A stretch of 64,000 nucleotides of DNA from a virus: positions 120,981-184,980 of the IMG/VR virus record IMGVR_UViG_3300032180_000001. One strand, written 5' to 3'. This document shows positions 19,881 to 29,051 of this stretch, in pieces; position 1 is the stretch's first letter; the number at the start of each line of letters is the position of its first letter. Position numbers and translations under genes: made by a program. The notes below the pieces were generated by a model. That model searched no databases and was not told where the DNA came from. It worked only from the letters and a program-made list of their open reading frames with translations.

Positions 19881-20071
19881 CTGAACACCCCTCTCCGCTT
19901 TGCCGTCATCCGTTCAGCCTGCGTTCCGAACAGGGTAACTCGCTGCGCGTGCGGGTGCTCACGGGAGACAGTTCCGGTCCTAGTCGTGCATTTAGTTCCA
20001 GCTCGGGCATGGCAATACGGGCAGGCTACTCCGCTTTCCACCAGGCGCCGTGCGTCCCTGAGCGTGCTCAC
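19877..20071 (-). CDS. Small zinc-finger-like protein
   Basis: CPYCHARAGTKC...HPHAQR. Confidence 0.5.
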   Translation of the reverse strand: MSTLRDARRLVESGVACPYCHARAGTKCTTRTGTVSREHPHAQRVTLFGTQAERMTAKRRGVFR

Positions 20072-20691
20072 TTCTTCGCTGCCCTCGCCTGCTTTTTAGC
20101 CTGCCGTGATAGTCCGGTGCGGTGCTCCGTATCAAGCCGCGCGCCAAACCTGGCCAGGAACACCGGATTAGCGCTCACCAGCAATGTATTGTTTTGAGCC
20201 TTGTAGCCAGGAGCGGGCTTTACCGTCGGATCGAGACTGATGCCGGTTCCCTCACCGGACGCCGACCAGTTCGTTGAGCCCTCCCAGCCGAGACCCTGCC
20301 CGACCAGTACCCCGCCCTTGGTATGGCTGATCTGACCCGTCGCGGACTCTGTGACTACGAACGAATTATAAAAACCCGGATCCGCTACCTCATCGGCTGC
20401 GAGGATAACCCTCTCATAACGACCCTGCGCCTGATAGCTGTCCAGAGTACCCTGAACGGACACGTTCGGATTCTTCAGCAAAGCCATGATGGCATCGTTC
20501 AGCTCCCTGTCGTCATAGCCGAACATATCGATTTTCAGGCCCATTCTTTCATTAACAAGCAAATCGAGAAGAATGCCATGAACATCATCGCGGCCGACGA
20601 GAAACAGGTAATGATCACCGTAGCCGAGAGTCAAGACGCCTTCCGATGTATAACGGCCGAAACGAGCGAGTCGTGGGTCATCGTAAGTCAT
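20068..20691 (-). CDS. Phospholipase D/Nuc-like single-domain protein
   Basis: HTK motif followed by GSTNWS and a QNN motif. Confidence 0.6.
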   Translation of the reverse strand: MTYDDPRLARFGRYTSEGVLTLGYGDHYLFLVGRDDVHGILLDLLVNERMGLKIDMFGYDDRELNDAIMALLKNPNVSVQGTLDSYQAQGRYERVILAADEVADPGFYNSFVVTESATGQISHTKGGVLVGQGLGWEGSTNWSASGEGTGISLDPTVKPAPGYKAQNNTLLVSANPVFLARFGARLDTEHRTGLSRQAKKQARAAKK

Positions 20692-21248
20692 GGCAAGAAC
20701 CCCCAGGCTAGATGCCCGACCTGCCCCTGAACGCCTGTCACGTCGTCAGCTGCCTCCGTCACACCGAACCCCGGATGCCCAGTGGCGGCGCAGCGCCCGT
20801 AATCGTGATAAGCAATAAATCCGCCAGGCCGGATCAGCGGCAGTGTGAATGAAAGATCGGCTCGCACCGATTCCTCGCTATGATGAGCATCGAGGAACAC
20901 GCCATCGAAAATAGGCGGATCGTGCCGCATTCTGGGCAGGGCATCCTCGAACCGCTCTTTCACCGGCGTAACGCGATCTGCTACCCCGTACCGGTGGATG
21001 GTGTTCCAGAAGATGTCCCAGGTGTCACCGCGGCCGGCCATGTCGTCACCCTGATGCCAGTCGACGGACACCACGTGATCCGCAACCGAAGCAATCACCA
21101 CCGTCGAGTAGCCATGGTAGGCACCCAGCTCCAGCACATACTTGTCCCGGCACAGTGCCGCCAGCGCGGTTGCCTCGGCCGGGGTAACAGCGGAGCTGAC
21201 GTCGTACGGAAAAATGATCTGACGCTCGGGGCTATCTGTTTCGCTCAC
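20688..21248 (-). CDS. Class I SAM-dependent (O-)methyltransferase
   Basis: VLELGAYHGYST, FDGVFLDAHH, GGFIAYHDY. Confidence 0.75.
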   Translation of the reverse strand: MSETDSPERQIIFPYDVSSAVTPAEATALAALCRDKYVLELGAYHGYSTVVIASVADHVVSVDWHQGDDMAGRGDTWDIFWNTIHRYGVADRVTPVKERFEDALPRMRHDPPIFDGVFLDAHHSEESVRADLSFTLPLIRPGGFIAYHDYGRCAATGHPGFGVTEAADDVTGVQGQVGHLAWGFLP

Positions 21249-21257
21249 TAGCTCATC

Positions 21258-21923
21258 CTAATCATTCCAGGCGCTCTTCCCTCTCGGTGCCCAGTGGCTG
21301 AGACCTCGCTCGGCGTGGTCATAGTACCAGCGCTGCTCATCGGTCGGATTTTCCAGATCCTCATACCAGGCAAGATGCTCGCCAATATAGGGAGGCCCGG
21401 TACGCAGCGCGCCATCCAGGTCGAACCCAGATCCTTCCCGGTACAGGGCGAGCGTGGTATCGATATCTGCCCGGTAGGCACCATCACCCAGTGGATACTG
21501 CCAGAACTGAGTTTCGTGCCCGACGACCTGCTGCTTACGGGAGTAGTGATCTGGGAGGTTGTCGATGCGCAGCCCGAGTCCGGCCTTCGTTCGATCCGGG
21601 TACTTATCCAGCAGGGAACCGAGATGCTGCGGCCAGTCCGGTGGGCAGTCGAGCGCAGGCACGACATCCGGATCAGTGACGATATATCGTTCGCTGCCGC
21701 GTGCCACGTTGAACGGCTCCCAGCCCCAGAGACCTCGCGGGTGGCCGCCGCCCCGGCGCAGAACCGTGATACCTCGTGCTTCCCAGGACCTAAGCAAGCT
21801 GAGCGCAGCAGGCCAGGTGCTGCCGTGATCAACGATGACAACTTCCAGCTGCGCGTCCATTAGTGCCTTCAGGCAGTACCGGGCATACGTTACCCGATCT
21901 CGGAAGATTACGAAGGCCTTCAA
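21258..21923 (-). CDS. GT-A fold glycosyltransferase-like protein
   Basis: VVIVDHGST and YIVTDPDV (DxD) motifs. Confidence 0.6.
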   Translation of the reverse strand: MKAFVIFRDRVTYARYCLKALMDAQLEVVIVDHGSTWPAALSLLRSWEARGITVLRRGGGHPRGLWGWEPFNVARGSERYIVTDPDVVPALDCPPDWPQHLGSLLDKYPDRTKAGLGLRIDNLPDHYSRKQQVVGHETQFWQYPLGDGAYRADIDTTLALYREGSGFDLDGALRTGPPYIGEHLAWYEDLENPTDEQRWYYDHAERGLSHWAPRGKSAWND

Positions 21924-22270
21924 CCGCTCACGACTCCTGCTTCCGGCGCCCGGCGTCGGCGCCTCTTACGCGAAACTTCCGGCTCAACGACCAACGCGAC
22001 TTCTGGTTCCCGCGCAGCTTCCGGCACCTGCTCCGGCACCTCCATAACCGGCACAACTGCGGGCGTCTTATACCGCTGGCCGTCCAGGTAATACGACTCG
22101 CTATAGCCGATGTGCTCCCGGGCAAGGATGGCCACCGGAGTCCAGGTACGCCCGCCGATCACTACTTCGGATGACTCACATCGATAACCGTCCTGACGGT
22201 GCACGATCGCAGCCGTAGCATCGATTAGCTGAACGCGCCGGTGATGCAGCTTGCAAGTGAGTCTCGTCAT
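21920..22270 (-). CDS. Hypothetical protein
   Basis: 116 aa, coupled on both sides. Confidence 0.45.
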   Translation of the reverse strand: MTRLTCKLHHRRVQLIDATAAIVHRQDGYRCESSEVVIGGRTWTPVAILAREHIGYSESYYLDGQRYKTPAVVPVMEVPEQVPEAAREPEVALVVEPEVSRKRRRRRAPEAGVVSG

Positions 22271-22926
22271 TGTTTACACAGCTTCCTTGATGGCCAGCCT
22301 GGCAGCAAGTCGAACGCTTTCGGCTTATTCTGGCCAACCCATTCCTCCGCCTGGTGACGGTACTCATTCTCCGGCGGCGGTAGTTCCCGAAGGTATTGCG
22401 TTCTAGCCCACCAGTAATTACCACCGTACATCGGTACCGTGACCGGATAATCTGGCGGGTTGTGATGCTCTTCCGGGGTCAGCCAGTGGCAGCCGACAGT
22501 GTCATAATCGTGCAGCAGAGCCGCGCACGCCCGCCAGTTGCTGACGACATGCCTAGTCATCGACCGGCGCCAGATCGCGTTCCACTCCGAATCGTCATGA
22601 GCGCCCTTAGTGTGCGCGTACAGCACAGGGAAATTACCCGGAATATTATGGATATCGCAGTGAAGCTTCGAGAGGGTAAGCTGCTCAAATCCCTCATCTG
22701 CTTCAACCCACACCTCCGGAATTGGCACGCCGTTGCTCCCGAACCGCATCACGATATGGTTTTTAGCCCGCTCCCGGTCTTCCGGATACCCGACCAGGCC
22801 GACAACCGTTTCACCCTCGAATCCGGATTTCCCGAGAGCCTCGGCATGCTCGCGAACCGGAGTCGACCAGGCTCCAGAAGCGTAAACATGGTAGAAGTGG
22901 CGAATGTAAGAACTGATGTAACTCAC
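22267..22926 (-). CDS. Putative glycosyltransferase-like protein
   Basis: GTG 22926 (GTGA overlap); HFYH, VLYAHTKG and GGNYWWA motifs, of a kind seen in phage glycan clusters. Confidence 0.45.
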   Translation of the reverse strand: MSYISSYIRHFYHVYASGAWSTPVREHAEALGKSGFEGETVVGLVGYPEDRERAKNHIVMRFGSNGVPIPEVWVEADEGFEQLTLSKLHCDIHNIPGNFPVLYAHTKGAHDDSEWNAIWRRSMTRHVVSNWRACAALLHDYDTVGCHWLTPEEHHNPPDYPVTVPMYGGNYWWARTQYLRELPPPENEYRHQAEEWVGQNKPKAFDLLPGWPSRKLCKQ

Positions 22927-23573
22927 GTTTGTTCCTTCTCCCGCCAGCGGTAAGCACTCGGCCAGGAATCGCAGGTGATCTCGCTGACCCGTACGTACGG
23001 CACTTCTTCGTTCAGCCAGAGCAGCACCATGTCCCAGTCTTCCCAGCAGCTGCCTGGCTCGCTCCATGTCCCCCGCTCCAGAGTCTCCCGACGGTGCATG
23101 ATCATCGGCGTACCGACATTTCCGGCGGAAATCTGACCATGACCGACCTCGTGCACACCATGCGGAGCGTGACTGGCTAGCAGGGACACCGCGAATCCGG
23201 CCTTCGGGTTCTCGTCCAGCGCGCGAGCCAGCACCTCGCAGTGCTGCGGCCGGAGCGTGTCGTCGTCGTCACAGTAGGCGATGTACTCGCCGCTGGCGTA
23301 TTCTAGGCCGTGCAGCCTAGCCGGGGCGCCCCAGTGCTTATCCTCGGTATGCTCCGGCAGCTCAAAATACCAAAGCTGCTGCCCCCGACGGAAACGAAGT
23401 GCCAACGGGGTGTTTTCTATGCGCTTCCGCAACTCCGGATCCGGGCCATCGCTGATGATGATATGCTCGACTGCTGGATATGTCTGTGCCTGTACACTCG
23501 GAATACACCTGCTCACCAGTAGCTCGTGCCGTTTCCAGGTTGGGGTGATCACCGAAATCAGGGGCGTGCTCAT
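22923..23573 (-). CDS. Glycosyltransferase family 2
   Basis: LISVITPTWKR, IIISDG, GEYIAYCDDDD. Confidence 0.75.
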   Translation of the reverse strand: MSTPLISVITPTWKRHELLVSRCIPSVQAQTYPAVEHIIISDGPDPELRKRIENTPLALRFRRGQQLWYFELPEHTEDKHWGAPARLHGLEYASGEYIAYCDDDDTLRPQHCEVLARALDENPKAGFAVSLLASHAPHGVHEVGHGQISAGNVGTPMIMHRRETLERGTWSEPGSCWEDWDMVLLWLNEEVPYVRVSEITCDSWPSAYRWREKEQT

Positions 23574-23728
23574 TGTCTCCTCGCTGGTGGGTAGAGGGCG
23601 ATCCAGATCAGAACAAGCATGACAACCGTCCAGCCCCAGTAGCCCGGTATGCCAAGGATGCCCAACGCAATAATCACCGCTATCCCAGCTAGCAGTCCGG
23701 TAATGTGAACGGCTGTTCTCCGGGTCAT
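23570..23728 (-). CDS. Small two-helix membrane protein
   Basis: 52 aa, hydrophobic, ATGA coupling. Confidence 0.45.
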   Translation of the reverse strand: MTRRTAVHITGLLAGIAVIIALGILGIPGYWGWTVVMLVLIWIALYPPARRQ

Positions 23729-23820
23729 CGCAGTAGCACCTGGGCAGCCACGAGAATCAGCGCCAAGGTGCAGGCCCATGCACCAAAAGCATAATAAAAA
23801 GCACGTAGGGCAAGCCTCAT
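23725..23820 (-). CDS. Small membrane peptide
   Basis: 31 aa, hydrophobic, ATGA coupling at both ends. Confidence 0.35.
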   Translation of the reverse strand: MRLALRAFYYAFGAWACTLALILVAAQVLLR

Positions 23821-24446
23821 GACGGCCACGGTTCCGTCCATTCCCCTCTCGTAACCTTTCGCAGCGCCTCATAATACAGCGCCCGATCGTAATTGGTCCG
23901 TGCTTCCTCCGACCCCATGCCCGCCCCGCGTTTATGCATCGCCCAGTGATGGTTAAATGAGTACTTGTTGCACATCTTCGGCGGAAATCCAGCCTGCCGT
24001 CCCCTATCGCTGAAAAAATCATCAGAGTAATAATGCGACAAAAGCAGCGGACTTATTTTCTCCCACTGCTGACGGCTGCAGAACGGAATAACAGTAATAC
24101 CAGTATCGATGCCGTCCGGGAACTCGGAACTGGCATATGGCCGCGACTGAAGTATTCCCAGGTGAACGTTCAGTACCCGCGGAGCCGGCAGGAATCCACG
24201 GTCAGTCAGCTCGATTGCCGCGAGATCCCAGCCGTCCATGGGCTCCAAATCATCACATGTCAGGTGAATGTAGTCGCCTTTCGCCTTATCCGCACCGGCC
24301 TGCCAGGCCTTACCGCATGTCGAATGATCATACTCGGTAATGATCTCGTTCGGAGTGCTGGTGCGATCGCGGTAGGCGTTCAGGCAGCGCTCATAGTGAT
24401 CTTCGCGGCCGGGAATCGTCGGAATGATGATCGAGAGCAGGGTCAC
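23817..24446 (-). CDS. Glycosyltransferase family 2-like
   Basis: LSIIIPTIPGR, GDYIHLTCDD, YYSDDFFS. Confidence 0.65.
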   Translation of the reverse strand: MTLLSIIIPTIPGREDHYERCLNAYRDRTSTPNEIITEYDHSTCGKAWQAGADKAKGDYIHLTCDDLEPMDGWDLAAIELTDRGFLPAPRVLNVHLGILQSRPYASSEFPDGIDTGITVIPFCSRQQWEKISPLLLSHYYSDDFFSDRGRQAGFPPKMCNKYSFNHHWAMHKRGAGMGSEEARTNYDRALYYEALRKVTRGEWTEPWPS

Positions 24447-24616
24447 GGGAACTCCGATTTCATTGTCCGCAACGCCTCAATCAAAGCATCGAGATCTTCA
24501 CGATCTATGCTTATAGCTTCATAACCCTCATCGCGGATAACTATATCAACATCCCGGCCTTCGACATAGATACGCTCTGAGCCATCTTCCGCTACTCCGA
24601 TCCGCTTAACGGTCAC
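24443..24616 (-). CDS. Hypothetical protein
   Basis: 57 aa, RBS GGAGG, GTGA overlap. Confidence 0.4.
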   Translation of the reverse strand: MTVKRIGVAEDGSERIYVEGRDVDIVIRDEGYEAISIDREDLDALIEALRTMKSEFP

Positions 24617-24634
24617 CCCTCCACCTCCACGAAG

Positions 24635-24937
24635 CTAGACCGCCGTCAGTAGTATGTAAAGATTCAAAGCACCAGAATACGTATTCTTCACGTATACAGG
24701 GTCGCGATCTGTAATGAATGAATACGAATTAGTGCCGACAGGCGTTCCTTCTGCATTCGGAATAGCGAACGACAGCGACGTTCCTGTGGAATCTTGCGAC
24801 AGAACATTTTCTCCAGTAATACCTCCCGTGTCCCCGCTGTGCAGGCTCACCGTGCAGCGTATTGGGCTGATACCGAGAGCCGTGAACACCTCGACAACAG
24901 CTCCTCCTGCGACAGTTACTGTAGCTGCATAAATCAT
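24635..24937 (-). CDS. Hypothetical protein, paralog of 61568..61864
   Basis: Shared VVEVFTALG and TD.DPVYVKNT. Confidence 0.55.
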   Translation of the reverse strand: MIYAATVTVAGGAVVEVFTALGISPIRCTVSLHSGDTGGITGENVLSQDSTGTSLSFAIPNAEGTPVGTNSYSFITDRDPVYVKNTYSGALNLYILLTAV

Positions 24938-24963
24938 GACTACCCCTCCTGCGATTTTCTTGA

Positions 24964-25800
24964 TTAACTAATCCTACCCTCAAATGACTGTTCTGTCATT
25001 GAGAGCCTTTCATCGAGAAGCGACATAGCATAAATATCATACTCGTCTAGATCAAAATCAAAGATACTAATATTCTCCTGAAGCCGTTCAAATGTACCTG
25101 TCTTCGGAATCACCGAATTACCAAGCTGCAAACTCCAACGCAGTACTATTTGTGCTGGGGACCGCCCATACTTGCTCGCAATAGAAACTAGTATCGGCGA
25201 ATCAAGATTCTTTCTTCCCCGACCAAGCGGACCCCATGCCTGGGTAATAATATCAAACCTATTATGAAAAGTTCGTTGCGCAGCCTGGGGACACCAAGGA
25301 TTTAGCTGTATCTGATTCACGGAAGGCGGAGTAGAAGCATAACTAAGAAGACAGGTAAGATCATCAAACTTAAAGTTAGAAACACCGATACTCCGGCATC
25401 TGCCATCATTCAGAAGCCGTTCAAACGCCCGCCACGCTCCCTTGGTCAACGCTACCTCCATCCTGGGCCAGTGCATCAAGTAGAGATCAATCACGTCAAA
25501 GCCAAGACGTATCATACTGGCATCGAATGCCCGAAGCGTAGAATCGTACCCGTCCGCAGCCCATACCTTACTCGTAACAAATAGCTCATCACGAGGAAGT
25601 CCCGATTCAGCAACAGCCCGACCTATTCCCGCCTCATTGCGATACTGATCGCTCGTGTCGAACATTCGGTATCCGATATTTATAGCCTCGCCAACTATAA
25701 GTTGAGCCTGATCATCGGACAATTTCCACGTACCTAGTCCAAAATTTGGCATAGCCCTACCAGAGTTAAGTTGGACTGTCGGAACCACCGTTACTGTCAT
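24964..25800 (-). CDS. Aldo/keto reductase (2,5-DKG reductase-like)
   Basis: GLGTW, FDTSDQYRNE, LFVTSK, DLYLMHWP, SIGVSNF, IPKT. Confidence 0.9.
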   Translation of the reverse strand: MTVTVVPTVQLNSGRAMPNFGLGTWKLSDDQAQLIVGEAINIGYRMFDTSDQYRNEAGIGRAVAESGLPRDELFVTSKVWAADGYDSTLRAFDASMIRLGFDVIDLYLMHWPRMEVALTKGAWRAFERLLNDGRCRSIGVSNFKFDDLTCLLSYASTPPSVNQIQLNPWCPQAAQRTFHNRFDIITQAWGPLGRGRKNLDSPILVSIASKYGRSPAQIVLRWSLQLGNSVIPKTGTFERLQENISIFDFDLDEYDIYAMSLLDERLSMTEQSFEGRIS

Positions 25801-26741
25801 CCCAGCCACGTGCCTTCACTATCAAATCTTGACACGTAACCTAGCGTCTCCTTCATTCCATCGTCCAGGCTTTTCTCCGGTCGCCATCCCATCTTCCACA
25901 GCCGGTCACTATCAAGCATCTTACGCAGCGTAATCTGACTATCCGGGAGAATCTCAGTCAGCGACGATCTACAGCCTGGAACGAGGGCCATGCACCGACT
26001 GGCCAGCTCCCCCGTAGTGATATGCTGGTCATTCCGGTTAACGTTCCATACCCCAGATAGTCCTGATTCTACAATCAAGGCCAGTCCTCGGCAAGTATCA
26101 CCCACATACGTAAAACAGCGCATACAACCCTTATGAACGATAATTGGCAGACCATGATGCGCCTGCCAGAGCATAGTATGCAAAGCGTTGTACCCGATAA
26201 CCCCCGTGCGCCCGGAAAAACGCGGCACCGTACCAGGCAGCGGCAGAACAGCGGCTGGACCGTAGGGCATGTTCAATCGAGTAATCATCAGCCCATCGGG
26301 GGCATACAACCGACACGCTTCTTCTCCCCACTTCTTGGACAACCCATACATATTCAGCGGCTCTAGCGGCATGGACGTCAGAATATCTCCCCGCTGATCA
26401 GTGGTTTTACCATACACCTCAGACGATGACATAAACATGAGCCTAGCCCCCGTCTCCGCAGTATCCCGAGCTAGCTCAGCAGTCAGTCCAACATTAGCCT
26501 TCACCGTAAGCTGCAGATTCTTTTCACCCCACACACGCCCGTACAAAGCAGCAAGATGAATCACAACATCTGGACGCGCGTAAGCCAGCCAGCTTCGCCG
26601 AGCATCATCATCATGCAAATCAAACAGCATATCCGCCCCCGCTTGAATATCCTGCCCGAACACCTCGTGACCGCGTTCAGCAAAAGTTTTCACTAGCCAG
26701 CCACCGATATATCCAGCCGCACCAGTTATCGCGATCCTCAT
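25797..26741 (-). CDS. NAD-dependent epimerase/dehydratase (extended SDR, NDP-sugar type)
   Basis: ITGAAGYIG, SSSEVYG, YGLSK, YGP. Confidence 0.9.
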   Translation of the reverse strand: MRIAITGAAGYIGGWLVKTFAERGHEVFGQDIQAGADMLFDLHDDDARRSWLAYARPDVVIHLAALYGRVWGEKNLQLTVKANVGLTAELARDTAETGARLMFMSSSEVYGKTTDQRGDILTSMPLEPLNMYGLSKKWGEEACRLYAPDGLMITRLNMPYGPAAVLPLPGTVPRFSGRTGVIGYNALHTMLWQAHHGLPIIVHKGCMRCFTYVGDTCRGLALIVESGLSGVWNVNRNDQHITTGELASRCMALVPGCRSSLTEILPDSQITLRKMLDSDRLWKMGWRPEKSLDDGMKETLGYVSRFDSEGTWLG

Positions 26742-27055
26742 TGCCCGACCTCCCGCCAGCGCGCCTCGACCAGCCGCTCAGCCAGCACCGTAGCATCATA
26801 ATCCCAGATCTGCTCATTGCGGTACAGCGGGTGTCCCAGCGGAAGCGTCTTCGCGCGGAAGTTCTCCAGGTACCGGATGTTCTCCCAAATCTGGATCCAG
26901 CGCCCGCCCCGGGACTTAACCAGCACCTCGACCCGCTCATTGGCGCTGCCCGGATTCGGTCGCGTCACATAGGCCCGCGCCCCGACCGCCGCAACGTTCC
27001 TCGGGACGGTGAAGTTGCACTGCACGACGATCCGGTCTCCTGGCTCAGGCATCAT
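26738..27055 (-). CDS. Hypothetical protein
   Basis: 105 aa, coupled to the epimerase. Confidence 0.5.
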   Translation of the reverse strand: MMPEPGDRIVVQCNFTVPRNVAAVGARAYVTRPNPGSANERVEVLVKSRGGRWIQIWENIRYLENFRAKTLPLGHPLYRNEQIWDYDATVLAERLVEARWREVGQ

Positions 27056-27203
27056 CCGGAACCTTCCGCAGCCGGGGCAGCCGTGACCGCACCAGGTCAT
27101 CCCAGCGGTAGTGAGCACCCAGGAAGTGCCGGGTCATCCCCGTGGGCGTGAAGAACATCCTCCGGCAGGACACGCACCGGATACTGCGGCTGCTTCCTCG
27201 CAT
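27045..27203 (-). CDS. Small C2H2-like zinc-finger peptide
   Basis: CVSC-x12-H-x4-H in 52 aa. Confidence 0.35.
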   Translation of the reverse strand: MRGSSRSIRCVSCRRMFFTPTGMTRHFLGAHYRWDDLVRSRLPRLRKVPDDA

Positions 27204-27252
27204 GGAGAGACTGTATCAGACGGGAAGCTCGCTAGAAACTAGCCTGACAGGG

Positions 27253-28170
27253 TCACATGTGATCACGGTCATCACCCCTGGCAGTGACCCCGGGTTCCAT
27301 TCCCCGCGAGTACACGCGTGCACTTTCGGGACGCCCGTCGGCACTGAACCCGGTTGGCAGAACGGCAACTGTCGGGACTGAAGACGGAGAGTATGGCACC
27401 AGAGAACCACCTGTGTCCGTCACAGCAAAACCAACGTTAAACTGCTCGAACGGAAAATTCGCCTGCATGTCATCGTTATATCCCGGAGTCAGGACACCAG
27501 CGGACGAATTAACCGTGTAAAGCCATGATCCCCCAAATCCAGCCGGCCCGGTAACCCAGATGTTAAAGCCGAACGAATAGTGCGCCGAGTCATCTGCCGC
27601 CGGGGAATCCTGGAACGCACTGCTAAATTCCCAGGCAGCAAAGCACCCGGCACCAGGCGCAAGAGCTGGCATGGGAACTGGATAGCTGTTTGCAATACTA
27701 GTGTTTGAAACAAAGAAGGTGTCTACAGCAGGATACCCCCATTGCGGACTACCCCGAGTGGATCGTAGGATAAAGCCAGACGGCTCTACTGCATAGTCAG
27801 AATTCGCTGGAACAGTAACAGAGCAACTGATCCCGGTGACCGTACCAGTAACAATCCCGAACCATACCTCGGTGCTAACAGGAATATCCGAACCAAGCGG
27901 CGGCGGAGATGTCAAAACTCGATGCCATGTGACATTAGCACTGCTGACGGTACTCGATCCCGGAACGTATCCGGTCGTCAATACATGCAAGAACACCAGG
28001 ATGCAGTCACCCGAATGAACTAGGGTAAAATCGCAAGGCCAGCTGTCAGCTGTCACAACCAGGTCTCCTGAACCATTGCTAAGAGGCTGCCCCACCCCTG
28101 TTCCGGATCCCCAGAAGGGATTCTGGTTATTACCGCCTGGACCATCATTACTAATGAGGCTAATAGTCAT
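27253..28170 (-). CDS. Ser/Thr-rich putative virion protein with GDDRDH C-terminal tag
   Basis: 305 aa, beta-rich. Confidence 0.5.
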   Translation of the reverse strand: MTISLISNDGPGGNNQNPFWGSGTGVGQPLSNGSGDLVVTADSWPCDFTLVHSGDCILVFLHVLTTGYVPGSSTVSSANVTWHRVLTSPPPLGSDIPVSTEVWFGIVTGTVTGISCSVTVPANSDYAVEPSGFILRSTRGSPQWGYPAVDTFFVSNTSIANSYPVPMPALAPGAGCFAAWEFSSAFQDSPAADDSAHYSFGFNIWVTGPAGFGGSWLYTVNSSAGVLTPGYNDDMQANFPFEQFNVGFAVTDTGGSLVPYSPSSVPTVAVLPTGFSADGRPESARVYSRGMEPGVTARGDDRDHM

Positions 28171-28216
28171 GACGGACCGCCTCTCTCACGCCCCCACTGA
28201 CGTACCTTACCAGTAA

Positions 28217-28360
28217 CTACACCGTGATGTCAGTTACCTTATCGCTGTGGGCACCCTTGTTCGTCGCCTTCTCACTGCCGTTCTTCTCCGGCAGGCCACC
28301 AGTCTGGCCACCGAGAGCCTTCTCGCTCCCGTTCGGATAGACTCGGGAAAGATCGCTCAC
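28217..28360 (-). CDS. 47-aa peptide (RVYPNGSE motif)
   Basis: GTGA overlap; internal NGSEKA repeat. Confidence 0.45.
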   Translation of the reverse strand: MSDLSRVYPNGSEKALGGQTGGLPEKNGSEKATNKGAHSDKVTDITV

Positions 28361-28548
28361 GTCTGCTCCCAGTCCCCGCCACTGGAAGCGCCGTTGTCCG
28401 ACCAGCCGCCTGCGATGTTCCCGGCGCGATCAGCGGCGCCGCCATCCGGAATCTTCTCCCACTTGCCGATCGAGCCCTCGCCCGTAGCGTCGTACGGCTG
28501 CCCTGGAACGTTCGGCGGGCTGGTGATCGGGTTCGGTGCGTCTGCCAT
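28357..28548 (-). CDS. Small disordered protein ending W-x-QT
   Basis: 63 aa; motif shared with 28566..28781. Confidence 0.5.
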   Translation of the reverse strand: MADAPNPITSPPNVPGQPYDATGEGSIGKWEKIPDGGAADRAGNIAGGWSDNGASSGGDWEQT

Positions 28549-28565
28549 GTCAGTCTCCTTGCTCG

Positions 28566-28781
28566 TTATGTCTGCTTCCATCGTCCGACATCCGGAAACG
28601 CTGCGGTAACGTTCCCGCTCAGGTCTATCTCCCCGCTGTCACCGTCGACGGCCTTCCACCGACCAGCGGGAGTCTTGTCGGTGGCATCCCAGTCGCGGGG
28701 TGTCGCGCCATTCGTTCCCGTCGCCGTAACAACGTGCGGAGAATCAGTAGCCGGTCCGTTCGTCGCTGGATTGCCTGCCAT
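28566..28781 (-). CDS. Small disordered protein ending W-x-QT
   Basis: 71 aa. Confidence 0.5.
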   Translation of the reverse strand: MAGNPATNGPATDSPHVVTATGTNGATPRDWDATDKTPAGRWKAVDGDSGEIDLSGNVTAAFPDVGRWKQT

Positions 28782-28795
28782 CTAGGTCTCCCGGA

Positions 28796-29047
28796 CTACT
28801 TCCAGGCGGGCGGGCTCGGACTCCACCCTTGCTGCCCGCTCGCCTGCGGCTTCCCGTCCGTTCCCGGCTTAATCGGAGCGCTGTTGCTCGGCCCCTCGCG
28901 AACAGACTGGATATCGTCCGAGGTAACCGATTCTGAGTCCGTGCCCGGCGCCCCAAAATCCGGCTGTTCCGAGATAGTGTTCGTAGCCGCCATCGACCCA
29001 GCCTTAACACCAAGACTGTCCTTTGCCAAGCTACTGAGATCCTGCAT
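28796..29047 (-). CDS. Small disordered acidic protein
   Basis: 83 aa from ATG 29047. Confidence 0.45.
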   Translation of the reverse strand: MQDLSSLAKDSLGVKAGSMAATNTISEQPDFGAPGTDSESVTSDDIQSVREGPSNSAPIKPGTDGKPQASGQQGWSPSPPAWK

Positions 29048-29051
29048 GTCC

